In this document: in pieces, positions 1 to 9,932 of the stretch | Position numbering within the stretch: the first letter of the stretch is position 1 | Layout: the number at the start of each line of letters is the position of its first letter | Assembly (NCBI GenBank): GCA_937876355.1 | Contig: CALFHN010000144.1 | Coordinates: forward strand, 55,506-119,505 | DNA length: 64,000 nucleotides | Source: an uncultured Bacteroidota bacterium | GTDB lineage: Bacteria > Bacteroidota > Rhodothermia > Rhodothermales > UBA10348 | Direction: 5' to 3' | Translations under genes and position numbers: made by a program | Notes under the pieces: model-generated | What the model saw: only the letters and a program-made list of their open reading frames with translations | What the model was told of the DNA's origin: nothing | Database searches by the model: none

Positions 1-624
1 GGCGAAGTCCCTGGGGAGGCTGCCGAAAAGACCTTCGACATGTGTTTGGTCCTTCATGCAGAACATGGACTAAATGCTTCGACTTTCGCGGCGCGTGTTA
101 TTGGAGCAACGTTATCCGACATTTATTCCGCGATAACGGGAGCTATTGGAGGACTCAAAGGCCCACTTCACGGCGGCGCCAACATTGCAGTCATGGAAAT
201 GTTAATGGAAATTGACCGAACGGGTGCCGATCCCAAAGCGTGGGTACTTGATAAGCTGCAAAAGAAAGAACGCATTATGGGACATGGGCACCGAGTTTAC
301 AAAACCCTCGATCCTCGCGCAGCCATTTTGAGGGATATGTTAGCCAAGCTTTCCAAAGAGAGCGGAAACTCAAAATGGTTTGATATGAGCATGGTGATTT
401 CCGAAACTGTTCTAAAGGAAAAGGGACTGCATGCCAATGTCGATTTCTTTTCGGCGTCCGTTTACGGTACTCTAAATATTCCTTCGGATCTATTTACTCC
501 AATTTTTGGGATGTCTAGAATCTCAGGCTGGACCGCACATTTAATGGAGCAGTGGAAAGACAATCGGCTCATCCGCCCAAAAGCTGCATATACTGGTCCC
601 CGACATTTAAAAACGGGTCGCTAA
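1..624 (+). CDS. gltA: Citrate synthase, C-terminal part. The 5' end lies outside the window.
   Basis: The frame is open from position 1. Translation carries citrate-synthase motifs (LHAEHGLNAST, GPLHGGAN, MGHGHRVYKTLDPRA). The ORF-track Met at position 40 is an internal residue. Confidence 0.85.
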   Translation, partial: GEVPGEAAEKTFDMCLVLHAEHGLNASTFAARVIGATLSDIYSAITGAIGGLKGPLHGGANIAVMEMLMEIDRTGADPKAWVLDKLQKKERIMGHGHRVYKTLDPRAAILRDMLAKLSKESGNSKWFDMSMVISETVLKEKGLHANVDFFSASVYGTLNIPSDLFTPIFGMSRISGWTAHLMEQWKDNRLIRPKAAYTGPRHLKTGR

Positions 625-809
625 GTAGGGGGATCCCTTAATCTTGGACAAAAGATGCAATTATTGCTAAAAGTTGCCGCCTTCTACCCAAGAATGGAAG
701 CGCCCCACTTCGTTCATTAGTACATTGTTTCTAGACATCAGCAAGCGAAGTTATCTCGTGACATCGTTTTCAATATTGTTTTCGTAAATATTCGGTTCTT
801 ACCGCTTTT

Positions 810-1508
810 ATGAGTTCTAAAAATGTTTTCCGCTCGCCAGTCGGCAAAAAACTGATCACCGGTATAACCGGACTCGGACTTGTCGTTTTTGCGCTTGAGC
901 ACATGATTGGCAACCTCGCCATGTTCTCTGGAAACGACGCCTACAACGAATATGCCCATTTTCTGAGTAGCCTGGGCCCTCTCTTGTATGTGTTTGAGGC
1001 CGGACTTGTCGCGTTTTTTCTATTCCACATTTCAAATGGAATCCAAATCTGGTACGGGTCACGCAAAGCGAGGCCGGTGGGTTACGATTCGTATCGATCT
1101 GCGGGCAAACCCAGTCAGCAATCGGTGTCTTCTAGGAGCATGATTGTGACCGGATTGATCTTAGCCGTCTTTTTGGTCATTCATCTCATTTCGTTCAAAT
1201 TTGGCCCCGGTGGTCCAGGAAATGCAGACCCTAGTTACGTCACTTCTTTGGGTGGCGAACCAGCTCGAGATCTGGCCAAATTGGTGCGTCACAAATTTGA
1301 CTCTCCTTTTTACGCATTTGGATATTCGATAGTAATGTTAATGTTGGTCGTTCATCTCCGCCACGGAATTTGGAGCGCATTTCAATCCCTAGGTGCCATG
1401 CGCCCCTCATTAACACCATTGGTTTATGGATTAGGTACTATTCTGGCCATCGCGATAGGATTAGGATTTATTGCTCTACCCTTAGCTATCTATTTCCATA
1501 TTATTTGA
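810..1508 (+). CDS. sdhC: Succinate dehydrogenase/fumarate reductase cytochrome b subunit.
   Basis: A 232-aa polytopic membrane protein with His-containing helices, sitting directly upstream of sdhA and sdhB. Confidence 0.7.
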   Translation: MSSKNVFRSPVGKKLITGITGLGLVVFALEHMIGNLAMFSGNDAYNEYAHFLSSLGPLLYVFEAGLVAFFLFHISNGIQIWYGSRKARPVGYDSYRSAGKPSQQSVSSRSMIVTGLILAVFLVIHLISFKFGPGGPGNADPSYVTSLGGEPARDLAKLVRHKFDSPFYAFGYSIVMLMLVVHLRHGIWSAFQSLGAMRPSLTPLVYGLGTILAIAIGLGFIALPLAIYFHII

Positions 1509-1558
1509 GGCCGGCGCTGACCAAAGCTCGCAGTGTCAAATCAAAAGATATTCACATC

Positions 1559-3472
1559 ATGAAACCTGTTCTCGATTCTCACATTCCCGACGGCCCGCTT
1601 AAAGAAAAGTGGGGCAATTATAAGAACGGGATTAAGCTGGTCAACCCAGCTAATAAACGAAAACACACCGTTCTAGTAGTCGGGACCGGGCTAGCAGGTG
1701 GTTCTGCTGCCTCAACGCTTGCGGAACTGGGCTATAACGTTAAAAGTTTTTGTATTCAGGACTCTCCGAGACGAGCACACTCGATTGCTGCCCAGGGCGG
1801 AATTAATGCAGCCAAAAACTACCCCAACGATGGGGATACCGTTTGGAGATTGTTTTATGACACAGTAAAAGGTGGCGACTATCGTTCTCGAGAGGCAAAC
1901 GTTCACAGGCTTGCTGAAATTTCAAATGAGATCATTGATCAATGTGTTGCCCAAGGGGTACCATTTGCGCGCGAGTATGGAGGATTACTGGACAATCGAT
2001 CCTTTGGAGGCGCCCAGGTTTCGAGAACATTTTATGCTCGTGGCCAGACCGGTCAGCAACTGCTGCTAGGCGCTTATCAATCGATGAGCCGTCAAATAGG
2101 GCTTGGAAACATCGAAATGTTTGCCCGTCAAGAGATGCTTGATTTGGTTTTGGTAGATGGAAAAGCTCGAGGAATCATCACTCGGAATTTGATTACCGGC
2201 GAAATCGAGCGTCACGCGGGCGACGCCGTGCTCCTTTGTACTGGTGGTTATGGCAACGTCTATTACTTGAGCACAAATGCCAAAAACTCCAATGTTACGG
2301 CTGCTTGGCGCTGTCATAAACGGGGAGCTACTTTTGCAAATCCGTGCTTTACACAGATCCATCCAACGTGTATACCGGTTTCGGGAGATTATCAATCCAA
2401 GCTGACCTTGATGTCGGAAAGCTTGCGAAATGATGGTCGTGTTTGGGTGCCAAAAAAACAGGGCGACAACCGCAAACCAAAGGATATTCCTGAAGAAGAA
2501 AGGGACTACTACCTCGAAAGACGTTATCCAAGTTTTGGAAATCTCGTCCCCCGGGACGTGGCCTCCAGAAATGCCAAATATGCTTGTGATGAAGGCAAAG
2601 GTGTTGGCGAAACCAAATTGGCCGTATTCCTAGATTTTGCTGAAGCCATTTCGCGGCTCGGCCAGGAGGCCATCGCCGCGCGGTATGGTAACCTATTTGA
2701 AATGTACGAGCGCATCACGGGCGAGAACCCGTACGAAACTCCGATGCGCATCTACCCTGCCGTTCATTATACCATGGGCGGACTGTGGGTGGATTACGAA
2801 CTTCAGAGCAACGTGCCCGGACTGTTTGTGCTTGGCGAAGCCAACTTTTCAGACCACGGAGCCAATAGGTTAGGCGCATCTGCGCTAATGCAAGGGCTAG
2901 CCGATGGCTATTTTGTGATCCCGTATACACTCGGTAACTATCTGGCCAGCAATGACTTACCCAAAGTCACGATTCAGGATGAGGCGTTCGCTACAGCTCA
3001 GACGGAATCGACCGCCCAAATTGAAAAATTACTATCTATTCAAGGGACAAAGACGGTTACTGAATACCATCGTGAGTTGGGACGCATAATGTGGGACCAC
3101 GTTGGCATGTCGCGAACGGAAGAAGGGTTACAAACAGCCATTAAGGAAATCACGGCGCTAAGAGAGGACTTTTGGGAAAACGTGTTGGTTCCAGGAGAAA
3201 ATTCCACTCTGAACAAAAATCTTGAGTTTGCTGGCCGTTTGGCTGATTTTCTTGAATTAGGAGAGCTCATGGCACGCGACGCGCTAGAGCGAGCAGAATC
3301 TTGCGGTGGGCATTTTCGGGAGGAGTATCAGTCCGAAGAAGGCGAAGCCATGCGCAACGATGATCTCTTTACGTATGTCGCAGCGTGGGCGTATTCCGAG
3401 AATGGACACACGCTGGTTAAGGAGCCTCTGGAATACGAAAGCGTAAAACTGACAACTCGAAGCTACAAATAA
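1559..3472 (+). CDS. sdhA: Succinate dehydrogenase flavoprotein subunit.
   Basis: FAD-binding N-terminus ([13 protein letters not shown]) and the [10 protein letters not shown] motif. The start was moved to the in-frame ATG at 1559 (MKPVLDSH); the longer ORF-track start at 1370 would overlap sdhC. Confidence 0.9.
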   Translation: MKPVLDSHIPDGPLKEKWGNYKNGIKLVNPANKRKHTVLVVGTGLAGGSAASTLAELGYNVKSFCIQDSPRRAHSIAAQGGINAAKNYPNDGDTVWRLFYDTVKGGDYRSREANVHRLAEISNEIIDQCVAQGVPFAREYGGLLDNRSFGGAQVSRTFYARGQTGQQLLLGAYQSMSRQIGLGNIEMFARQEMLDLVLVDGKARGIITRNLITGEIERHAGDAVLLCTGGYGNVYYLSTNAKNSNVTAAWRCHKRGATFANPCFTQIHPTCIPVSGDYQSKLTLMSESLRNDGRVWVPKKQGDNRKPKDIPEEERDYYLERRYPSFGNLVPRDVASRNAKYACDEGKGVGETKLAVFLDFAEAISRLGQEAIAARYGNLFEMYERITGENPYETPMRIYPAVHYTMGGLWVDYELQSNVPGLFVLGEANFSDHGANRLGASALMQGLADGYFVIPYTLGNYLASNDLPKVTIQDEAFATAQTESTAQIEKLLSIQGTKTVTEYHRELGRIMWDHVGMSRTEEGLQTAIKEITALREDFWENVLVPGENSTLNKNLEFAGRLADFLELGELMARDALERAESCGGHFREEYQSEEGEAMRNDDLFTYVAAWAYSENGHTLVKEPLEYESVKLTTRSYK

Positions 3473-3495
3473 GGCTAAGGCCTCTTGATTGAAGT

Positions 3496-4248
3496 ATGAC
3501 AGAAAGTATGAACATCAAATTGAAAGTCTGGCGTCAGGCCGGTCCAAAAGCCCAAGGTCGATTCGAGACGTATACCGTTCCCGATGCAAATCCGCATATG
3601 TCGTTTTTGGAATTGCTCGATGTGTTAAACGAGCAACTAATTAAATCTGACCAAGACCCTGTCGAATTTGATCACGATTGCCGTGAGGGAATTTGTGGCT
3701 CCTGCGGGGTCGTTGTCGATGGCGTAGCCCATGGACCTCAGCGCCGCACGGCTTGTTGTCAGCTTCATATGCGCCACTACAAAGACGGAGACACCATCGT
3801 AGTTGAGCCGTGGCGGGCAGAAGCATTTCCAATTATCAAAGACCTCGTCGTAGACCGATCCGCCTTTGACCGAATTATTGCGGCTGGCGGATATATATCT
3901 ATAAATGCAGGCGCTGCTCAAGACGCCAACAGTTTGCCTATCGCAAAAACTGCTGCAGAATTAGCCATGGACTTTGCCGCTTGTATCGGTTGTGGGGCCT
4001 GTGTGGCTGCCTGTCCCAATGCATCGGCAAGTTTGTTTACTGCCGCGAAGATATCACACCTTGCCATGTTGCCTCAAGGAGCTCCAGAGCGAAAAAGCAG
4101 AGTTACAGCCATGGTCAATCAGATGGCTGAGGAAGGATTTGGAGACTGCTCTAATCACGCAGAATGTGAAGCAGTTTGCCCGAAAGGAATTTCTATTTCT
4201 ACGATCGCAACCATGCGGCGCGAATACATGAAAGCGGTATTAGGCTAA
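3496..4248 (+). CDS. sdhB: Succinate dehydrogenase iron-sulfur subunit.
   Basis: 2Fe-2S and 4Fe-4S cysteine clusters (CREGICGSCG; CIGCGACVAACP; CSNHAECEAVCP). Confidence 0.9.
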   Translation: MTESMNIKLKVWRQAGPKAQGRFETYTVPDANPHMSFLELLDVLNEQLIKSDQDPVEFDHDCREGICGSCGVVVDGVAHGPQRRTACCQLHMRHYKDGDTIVVEPWRAEAFPIIKDLVVDRSAFDRIIAAGGYISINAGAAQDANSLPIAKTAAELAMDFAACIGCGACVAACPNASASLFTAAKISHLAMLPQGAPERKSRVTAMVNQMAEEGFGDCSNHAECEAVCPKGISISTIATMRREYMKAVLG

Positions 4249-4294
4249 GCTCCAACCATGCGGCGCAAGAGGTGTTAGGCTAAGCTCCAACCAT
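4240..4294. repeat. Two copies of a 20-bp direct repeat (TTAGGCTAAGCTCCAACCAT), 35 bp apart.
   Basis: Read directly from the sequence. Copy 1 contains the sdhB stop codon and copy 2 contains the purQ stop codon. Confidence 0.7.
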
Positions 4295-4981
4295 CGAGTG
4301 GACGATTGAGCTGAAAATCTTGGTGCCGTCAGTCCGGCCCAAAATAGCTTCAGATGCACGCTCTGGGTGGGGCATCATCCCGAGCACATTGCCTCCTTCA
4401 TTCATGATTCCAGCAATTCCTCTAGCCGCACCGTTAGGATTGGATTCTTTGGTCGTGGCTCCAGTCGCATCACAATATTTAAAAGCCACCCGGCCATCAC
4501 CTTCGAGGCGGTCCAACACATCGTCGGAAGCAAAATAATTCCCTTCTCCATGCGCTATGGGAATCCGGATAATTTCCCCCTTTTCGAGATTGCTCGTAAA
4601 CATACTTGTGTTGTTTTCCGTTCGAAGCAAAACGTCCTTACACGCAAACCGGAGAGACTCATTGCGCATTAAGGCGCCAGGTAACAATCCAGACTCACAC
4701 AGAATTTGAAAGCCATTGCAGATCCCCATTACGGCACCGCCCGAATTGGCGAAACGAACTACATCTTTCATAATGGGAGAAAAACGCGCGATGGCTCCGC
4801 TTCTCAAATAATCACCGTATGAAAACCCACCCGGTACTATCACAAAATCGACGTCTCCCAACTCCGACTCCTTGTGCCAAATAAATCGTGCCTCCTGTCC
4901 AAACACGTGTTTTGTAACATGGTATGCGTCATGGTCGCAATTTGAGCCTGGAAAAACGATGACACCAAAACGAATCGACAT
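4280..4981 (-). CDS. purQ: Phosphoribosylformylglycinamidine synthase subunit PurQ (glutamine amidotransferase).
   Basis: Class I GATase motifs (GICNGFQ, HGEGN, MPHPER). The start was set at the [14 protein letters not shown] methionine rather than the longer ORF-track start. Confidence 0.9.
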   Translation of the reverse strand: MSIRFGVIVFPGSNCDHDAYHVTKHVFGQEARFIWHKESELGDVDFVIVPGGFSYGDYLRSGAIARFSPIMKDVVRFANSGGAVMGICNGFQILCESGLLPGALMRNESLRFACKDVLLRTENNTSMFTSNLEKGEIIRIPIAHGEGNYFASDDVLDRLEGDGRVAFKYCDATGATTKESNPNGAARGIAGIMNEGGNVLGMMPHPERASEAILGRTDGTKIFSSIVHSMVGA

Positions 4982-5197
4982 GGAAAAATCAGTCAAGTGG
5001 TTTTCAAATAAGGACGCAGCAATATACAAACTGAAATCGGCCAACCCTTCCTTTGAAAATCAAAAGCTAGGTGGCAACAAGATGATTCACTGAGAGTTTG
5101 CGGGCAGTACCCTTTTTACCATCCTTTTGACACAACAACAACGTACACTTAGGCGTTATATATATCTGGACGCCAAAATTTTCTCGATCCAAGCAGC

Positions 5198-6073
5198 ATG
5201 ATCCCAAAGGAATTATTTAGAAAAATTCGACAGATTGAAATTCGAACTAAGGGATTGGTGCGCAACATCTTTGGCGGTGAATATCATTCTGCGTTTAAGG
5301 GGACCGGAATGGAGTTCGCTGAAGTGAGGCCGTATCAATTTGGGGATGATATCAGAAGTATTGATTGGAACGTTTCTGCCCGTTATGACGAAACGTTTAT
5401 CAAGGTGTTTGAAGAGGAAAGAGAACAAACCGTGATTTTGGCCGTCGACATTTCTGGATCAGAAGATTTTGCTTCTGTAGGTCAATACAAACGAGAGATG
5501 GCCGCCGAAATTTGCGCCGTGGTTGCATTTAGCGCGATTCAGAACAACGACAAAGTGGGCCTACTCCTTTTTTCGGATCAGGTGGAATTATTCGTGCCGC
5601 CCAAAAAAGGCAAAAAACACGTCCTTAGGCTCATAAGAGACCTTTTTGCCCACCAAAAAAAATCTAACGGTACGAATCTGAAGGTTGCGTTGGATCACCT
5701 TGTTCGAGTCTTGCATCGGCGATCCATTGTTTTGATGCTCAGTGATTTTATGGATGAGAATTTCGAGTCGGCGTTTCGAGCTGTGGCTCGTAGGCACGAT
5801 ACCATCGCGGTTCACATGGTTGATCCGGTAGAAATGGAATTACCTGATGTAGGATTGCTCGAAGTTACAGACGCTGAAACTGGTCAACAGGTCTTGGTGG
5901 ATACGAGTAGCGAGGAGGTACGCACCATGTATGTTGATCAAGCGTTGGCCAGGGAACGAAACGTTGAAATGATTTGCCGACGACTGCGAGTGGATCGAGT
6001 ACCTATTCACACTGACGAGGGGTATGTAGACCCTCTTATCCGATTTTTTCGTAGACGTAATAAAATGGCTTGA
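5198..6073 (+). CDS. DUF58 protein, the MoxR-associated member of the Bat operon.
   Basis: The conserved DUF58 N-terminus (EYHSAFKGTGMEFAEVRPYQFGDDIRSIDWN) followed by a VWA-like fold. Confidence 0.8.
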   Translation: MIPKELFRKIRQIEIRTKGLVRNIFGGEYHSAFKGTGMEFAEVRPYQFGDDIRSIDWNVSARYDETFIKVFEEEREQTVILAVDISGSEDFASVGQYKREMAAEICAVVAFSAIQNNDKVGLLLFSDQVELFVPPKKGKKHVLRLIRDLFAHQKKSNGTNLKVALDHLVRVLHRRSIVLMLSDFMDENFESAFRAVARRHDTIAVHMVDPVEMELPDVGLLEVTDAETGQQVLVDTSSEEVRTMYVDQALARERNVEMICRRLRVDRVPIHTDEGYVDPLIRFFRRRNKMA

Positions 6074-7107
6074 AAAGATTTCTAATCCATATCATTTTCG
6101 CATCGATCGTTTTTGCGGTGCCATGTGCCGGGCAACGAGCAGAGTCGTTCTTTTCGACCGACTCCGTTACCGTTGGAGATCGCTTTAATCTGACTGTTGT
6201 GGTTGGACACGACGGCACAAGAAATGTTGTCTTCCCTCACGATATGCTGCCAGACTCTCTAAAATTGACCACTTCGGCCTTCTCACTTGGCGATTTCGAA
6301 ATTCTCTCCGTTTTAGTTCAGGGCGGCCGACCATACAATACCACGAGCCGAATCGATTCTGTTGTTTACGAGGTAACGACATTTGCTTTAGACTCATCTC
6401 GAGTTGCCGGCATCCCTTTCGGATTATCAACGGAGGTAGACACCCTGTTTGGAATGGCCCCTGCGATGCTGCTCCGCGTTGGCTCTTTGGTCCCAGAGGA
6501 TGCATCGGAAATAAAAGACATCATGCCTTTGGCAGAATTCACAACTTCATGGTGGCCATGGGTTTTGGGCGCTTTAGCACTGGTGACGATCGCAATTCTT
6601 TTGTGGTGGTGGAGAAAAAAACAGCAGGTTGATGATGCCGGGGTATTCCTCCCGGTAGACCCCCCCCCATATGACGAAGCCCTTACTCGACTAATCCATT
6701 TGGAGCAATTTGATCTGAACGATCCGTCCTCGATCAAGCCGTTTTACGTCGAGCTTACGGACATTCTTAGGACCTATGTTGGTCGAAGAGTTCACGTTCC
6801 TGCCATGGAATCAACCACGCGAGAACTACTGAACCGTTTGAAGGCTTCGGCCGAAGGAAAAAACGTTCCGGATGAAGTGATGTTAGAGATTGACGAAGTT
6901 TTGTCACACGCCGATCTAGTCAAATTTGCGGACCTTCGCCCGGTTTTAGAACAATCAAGGGCTATGGTAGCCGAAACGCGAGAAGCTATTGAAGGGACGG
7001 AGACGGCATTTCGGAAACTAGAAGAATTGAGACTTGCTGCGGAGCGTGAGAGATTAAAAGCCGAACAATATGCCCCCAAAGAAGCAGTTTTAGAGGAGGA
7101 TCGCTAA
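6070..7107 (+). CDS. DUF4381-like membrane protein of the Bat operon.
   Basis: A signal sequence, one W-rich transmembrane helix (WWPWVLGALALVTIAILLWWWRKK) and a coiled-coil C-terminus. The gene overlaps its neighbours by 4 bp on each side. Confidence 0.5.
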   Translation: MKRFLIHIIFASIVFAVPCAGQRAESFFSTDSVTVGDRFNLTVVVGHDGTRNVVFPHDMLPDSLKLTTSAFSLGDFEILSVLVQGGRPYNTTSRIDSVVYEVTTFALDSSRVAGIPFGLSTEVDTLFGMAPAMLLRVGSLVPEDASEIKDIMPLAEFTTSWWPWVLGALALVTIAILLWWWRKKQQVDDAGVFLPVDPPPYDEALTRLIHLEQFDLNDPSSIKPFYVELTDILRTYVGRRVHVPAMESTTRELLNRLKASAEGKNVPDEVMLEIDEVLSHADLVKFADLRPVLEQSRAMVAETREAIEGTETAFRKLEELRLAAERERLKAEQYAPKEAVLEEDR

Positions 7108-7110
7108 GGA

Positions 7111-8094
7111 ATGACATTTGCACAACCATATTGGCTTTTGCTTTTGCTGATCATTCCACTCGTCGCTTGGCGTTCTTGGAGCACTGCAGCCGCTCGCGGA
7201 GGGATGCGGTTCAGCTTTACTCAATCTATTCGAGATACCGGTACGACGTGGAAAACAATGTTGCGCTGGCTTCCTGTTACGCTTAGAGTATTCGGTTTAA
7301 CTTTGGCCATTTTGGCCATGGCCAGACCCCAGAACACCAACGTAATTCAAGAGCGATTTGCCGAAGGCGTCGACATCATGATGGTGTTGGACACATCCAC
7401 TTCAATGAGGGCCGAAGATTTTCGTCCAAATCGATTTGAAGCAGCGAAATCGGTAGGAGCCGAATTTATTCAGGGTAGAATTTCGGACCGAGTTGGCCTT
7501 ATCGTTTTTGCTGCTAAAGCGTATACCCAAGCTCCTCTTACCCTAGACTATGCGTTTCTTACCCAAATGTTGGCAGAAGTCGAGGTTGGCGTAATCGAAG
7601 ACGGCACAGCTATTGGAACGGCCCTAGCAATGGCAGTAAATCGACTCAAAGACACTGAGGCCAAAAGCAAAGTTGTAATTCTGCTCACAGACGGTCAAAA
7701 TAATCGAGGCGAATTGAGCCCTGAAACGGCTGCTGAAGTGGCAAAAACGTTGGGTGTTCGGGTGTATGCCATCGGAGTTGGTCAATATGGAGAAGCTCCC
7801 TTTGTAGTTGACCATCCATTTGCCGGAAGGCAACGTCGAATGGTCCCAGTAGAAATCGACGAAGAGATGTTACAAGCCGTCGCGGACATGACTGGAGGGC
7901 AATATTTTAGAGCAACGAACAACCGAGCCCTACAAGACATTTACAAACAGATCGGCGATTTAGAGAAAACGAAAATCGAAGAGCGTATCTACACCGACTT
8001 TGAAGAGCTTTTCCCAATGTTTCTTTTTCCTGGATTAGGTTTGTTGTTCTTGGAAGTGCTATTGGCTACCACAATTTTTAGACGTTTCCCATAA
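7111..8094 (+). CDS. batA: BatA, a VWA-domain aerotolerance protein.
   Basis: VWA/MIDAS motif (MMVLDTSTSM) with transmembrane anchors at both ends. Confidence 0.8.
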   Translation: MTFAQPYWLLLLLIIPLVAWRSWSTAAARGGMRFSFTQSIRDTGTTWKTMLRWLPVTLRVFGLTLAILAMARPQNTNVIQERFAEGVDIMMVLDTSTSMRAEDFRPNRFEAAKSVGAEFIQGRISDRVGLIVFAAKAYTQAPLTLDYAFLTQMLAEVEVGVIEDGTAIGTALAMAVNRLKDTEAKSKVVILLTDGQNNRGELSPETAAEVAKTLGVRVYAIGVGQYGEAPFVVDHPFAGRQRRMVPVEIDEEMLQAVADMTGGQYFRATNNRALQDIYKQIGDLEKTKIEERIYTDFEELFPMFLFPGLGLLFLEVLLATTIFRRFP

Positions 8095-9134
8095 TGGCCT
8101 GGCTCAACCCTACATATTTTTGGACCCTAACTTTTGTCCCTTTGGTTGTGGCATTAATTTTTATGGCTGCATGGCGTAGAAAAGCAATGTCTGAGCGATT
8201 TGGCGACCGAGAGTTGGTTGCGCGCCTGACAGCATCTATTAGCAAAAGAAGGAGGCGGTGGAAAGGCGCTTTGCGAGTTGGAGGCGTGTTGATGTTGGCT
8301 CTTGCGCTTGTCGGTCCTCGGTTTGGAACACAACTAAGGGAAGTTAAGCGGGAAGGAATTGATCTAGTCATAGCCTTAGACGTCTCTGCATCAATGATGG
8401 CAGAGGACATTGCTCCGAATCGCTTAGAACGGGCAAAAAATGAAATTAAAAACTTAGTTGGCGAACTGAAAGGAGATCGAATTAGTTTGGTTACGTTCGC
8501 TGGGGACGCTTTTATCCAATGTCCGTTAACCACAGACTATAGTGCGTTACGCCTTTTTCTTGATGTCGCAGACCCCTCTTTAATTCCGACGCCAGGCACT
8601 GACTTTGGTGCGGCGCTGAAAATGGCAATTCAAGCTTTTAAGGCTCCTTCAGGAGAAGTCGATTCAGAAGTTCGGACTAAGGCCGTTTTGTTTGTTTCAG
8701 ATGGCGAAAACCACATCGCTGACCTCGAGTCAATTATTACAGAAGCTCGCGGGGCAAACATTGTGTTATATGCCGCGGGCGTAGGAGAAACAGAAGGGGC
8801 GCCCATTCCTGAATATCGCAATGGCCGACGGGTCGACTATAAAAAAGATCGAGCAGGCGCTGTGGTTACCACAAAACTGGAGGAAGCGGTATTGCAGGAC
8901 CTGTCTCGTAACGGAAGTTATTTTCGTATTGCAAAAACGTCTAGTTCCTTGCCCCGCTTAACGACTGCGCTCTCCCAACTGGACAAAACTGCATTTGGCG
9001 CAGAAGAATTTGAAGAATATGAAGAACGTTTTCAGTGGCCACTGTTGTTTGGGCTTCTTCTTCTTTTTGCTGAATGGGGTATTCCAGATCGGAATCGAAG
9101 CAAGGCGCGGCCGTCCCCAAATGCTACCTTGTAA
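8094..9134 (+). CDS. batB: BatB, a VWA-domain aerotolerance protein.
   Basis: VWA/MIDAS motif (VIALDVSASM). The start overlaps the stop of batA. Confidence 0.8.
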   Translation: MAWLNPTYFWTLTFVPLVVALIFMAAWRRKAMSERFGDRELVARLTASISKRRRRWKGALRVGGVLMLALALVGPRFGTQLREVKREGIDLVIALDVSASMMAEDIAPNRLERAKNEIKNLVGELKGDRISLVTFAGDAFIQCPLTTDYSALRLFLDVADPSLIPTPGTDFGAALKMAIQAFKAPSGEVDSEVRTKAVLFVSDGENHIADLESIITEARGANIVLYAAGVGETEGAPIPEYRNGRRVDYKKDRAGAVVTTKLEEAVLQDLSRNGSYFRIAKTSSSLPRLTTALSQLDKTAFGAEEFEEYEERFQWPLLFGLLLLFAEWGIPDRNRSKARPSPNATL

Positions 9135-9167
9135 ATTGAACAAATTTGAACTTCCCACTAACTGACT

Positions 9168-9932
9168 ATGATTCGCTCAATTTCTTTTCTCCTTTTTACA
9201 ATTCTTCTTTTTGGTCCTGGAGACGGGAAGAAAAAAGGACGTAAAGGCAACGCCCTTTACGCTCAAGAACAATATGCTGAGGCGGTCGAAGAGTTTAGAC
9301 TTGGGGTTTCGGCCGTGTCGAAAAATGGTCCAGGGCCTGTGTATTCGGGGCTCCTCAACAATTTAGGGGCATCTTTGTATAGAACTGGAGACACAGAGCA
9401 AGCTGAAATTGCCTTCTCTGGTGCCGCCCAAATGGCAAGTACACCCGAAGATTTGGTCAGAGCTAGTTACAATGCAGGAAACGCAGCTGCTACTGGGAAA
9501 CAACTAGAACAAGCCCTTTCGCATTATCGAAGGGCTTTGATGTCAGATCCTTCTAATACTGATGCGAAGTTCAACTATGAGTTTGTGAAACGTCAACTAG
9601 AAGAACAGCAGCAACAGGATCAACAAAAAGACGATCAAAATCAGGACGAAAATAAAGAAAACAAAGAAAACGAAGACCAGCAGAAGGGCGATCAAGACCA
9701 GGAAAACGAAAAAGAAAATCAAGATCAGCAGCAGCAGGATGAGCAAAATCCGCAAGATCAAAGTCAGGAAGAGCAACAACAACAACAAGAGCAGGAGCAA
9801 CCGGACCCTACAAAAATGAGTGAGGAGGAAGCCGACCGGATCCTCGATGCGCTCCAAAACGAAGAAGAACAGCTACTTAGGCAAGTTCAAAAATTAAAGA
9901 CACGACCCCGGCGTGTGGAAAAGGATTGGTAA
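9168..9932 (+). CDS. batC: BatC, a TPR protein with a highly acidic Q/E/D/N/K low-complexity C-terminus.
   Basis: TPR-like repeats at the N-terminus and a low-complexity tail of about 90 aa encoded at roughly 9600–9800. Confidence 0.7.
   Translation: MIRSISFLLFTILLFGPGDGKKKGRKGNALYAQEQYAEAVEEFRLGVSAVSKNGPGPVYSGLLNNLGASLYRTGDTEQAEIAFSGAAQMASTPEDLVRASYNAGNAAATGKQLEQALSHYRRALMSDPSNTDAKFNYEFVKRQLEEQQQQDQQKDDQNQDENKENKENEDQQKGDQDQENEKENQDQQQQDEQNPQDQSQEEQQQQQEQEQPDPTKMSEEEADRILDALQNEEEQLLRQVQKLKTRPRRVEKDW
9600..9800 (+). repeat. Low-complexity CAG/CAA/GAA/AAA-rich coding tract. It encodes the Q/E/D/N/K-rich tail of BatC.
   Basis: Read directly from the sequence. Confidence 0.7.

Noticed and set aside
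738-1062. Two minus-strand ORFs (73 and 68 aa) inside sdhC
   Set aside because: They are antisense to a well-supported membrane-protein gene and have no family resemblance.
6185-6737. Minus-strand ORFs of 106 and 123 aa inside the DUF4381-like gene
   Set aside because: They are antisense to a gene that is translationally coupled within the Bat operon and show no family similarity.
9597-9857. 86-aa poly-Leu/Ile ORF on the minus strand
   Set aside because: It is the antisense reading of the BatC low-complexity CAG/GAA tract. Poly-Leu/Phe composition with no start context is an artefact.
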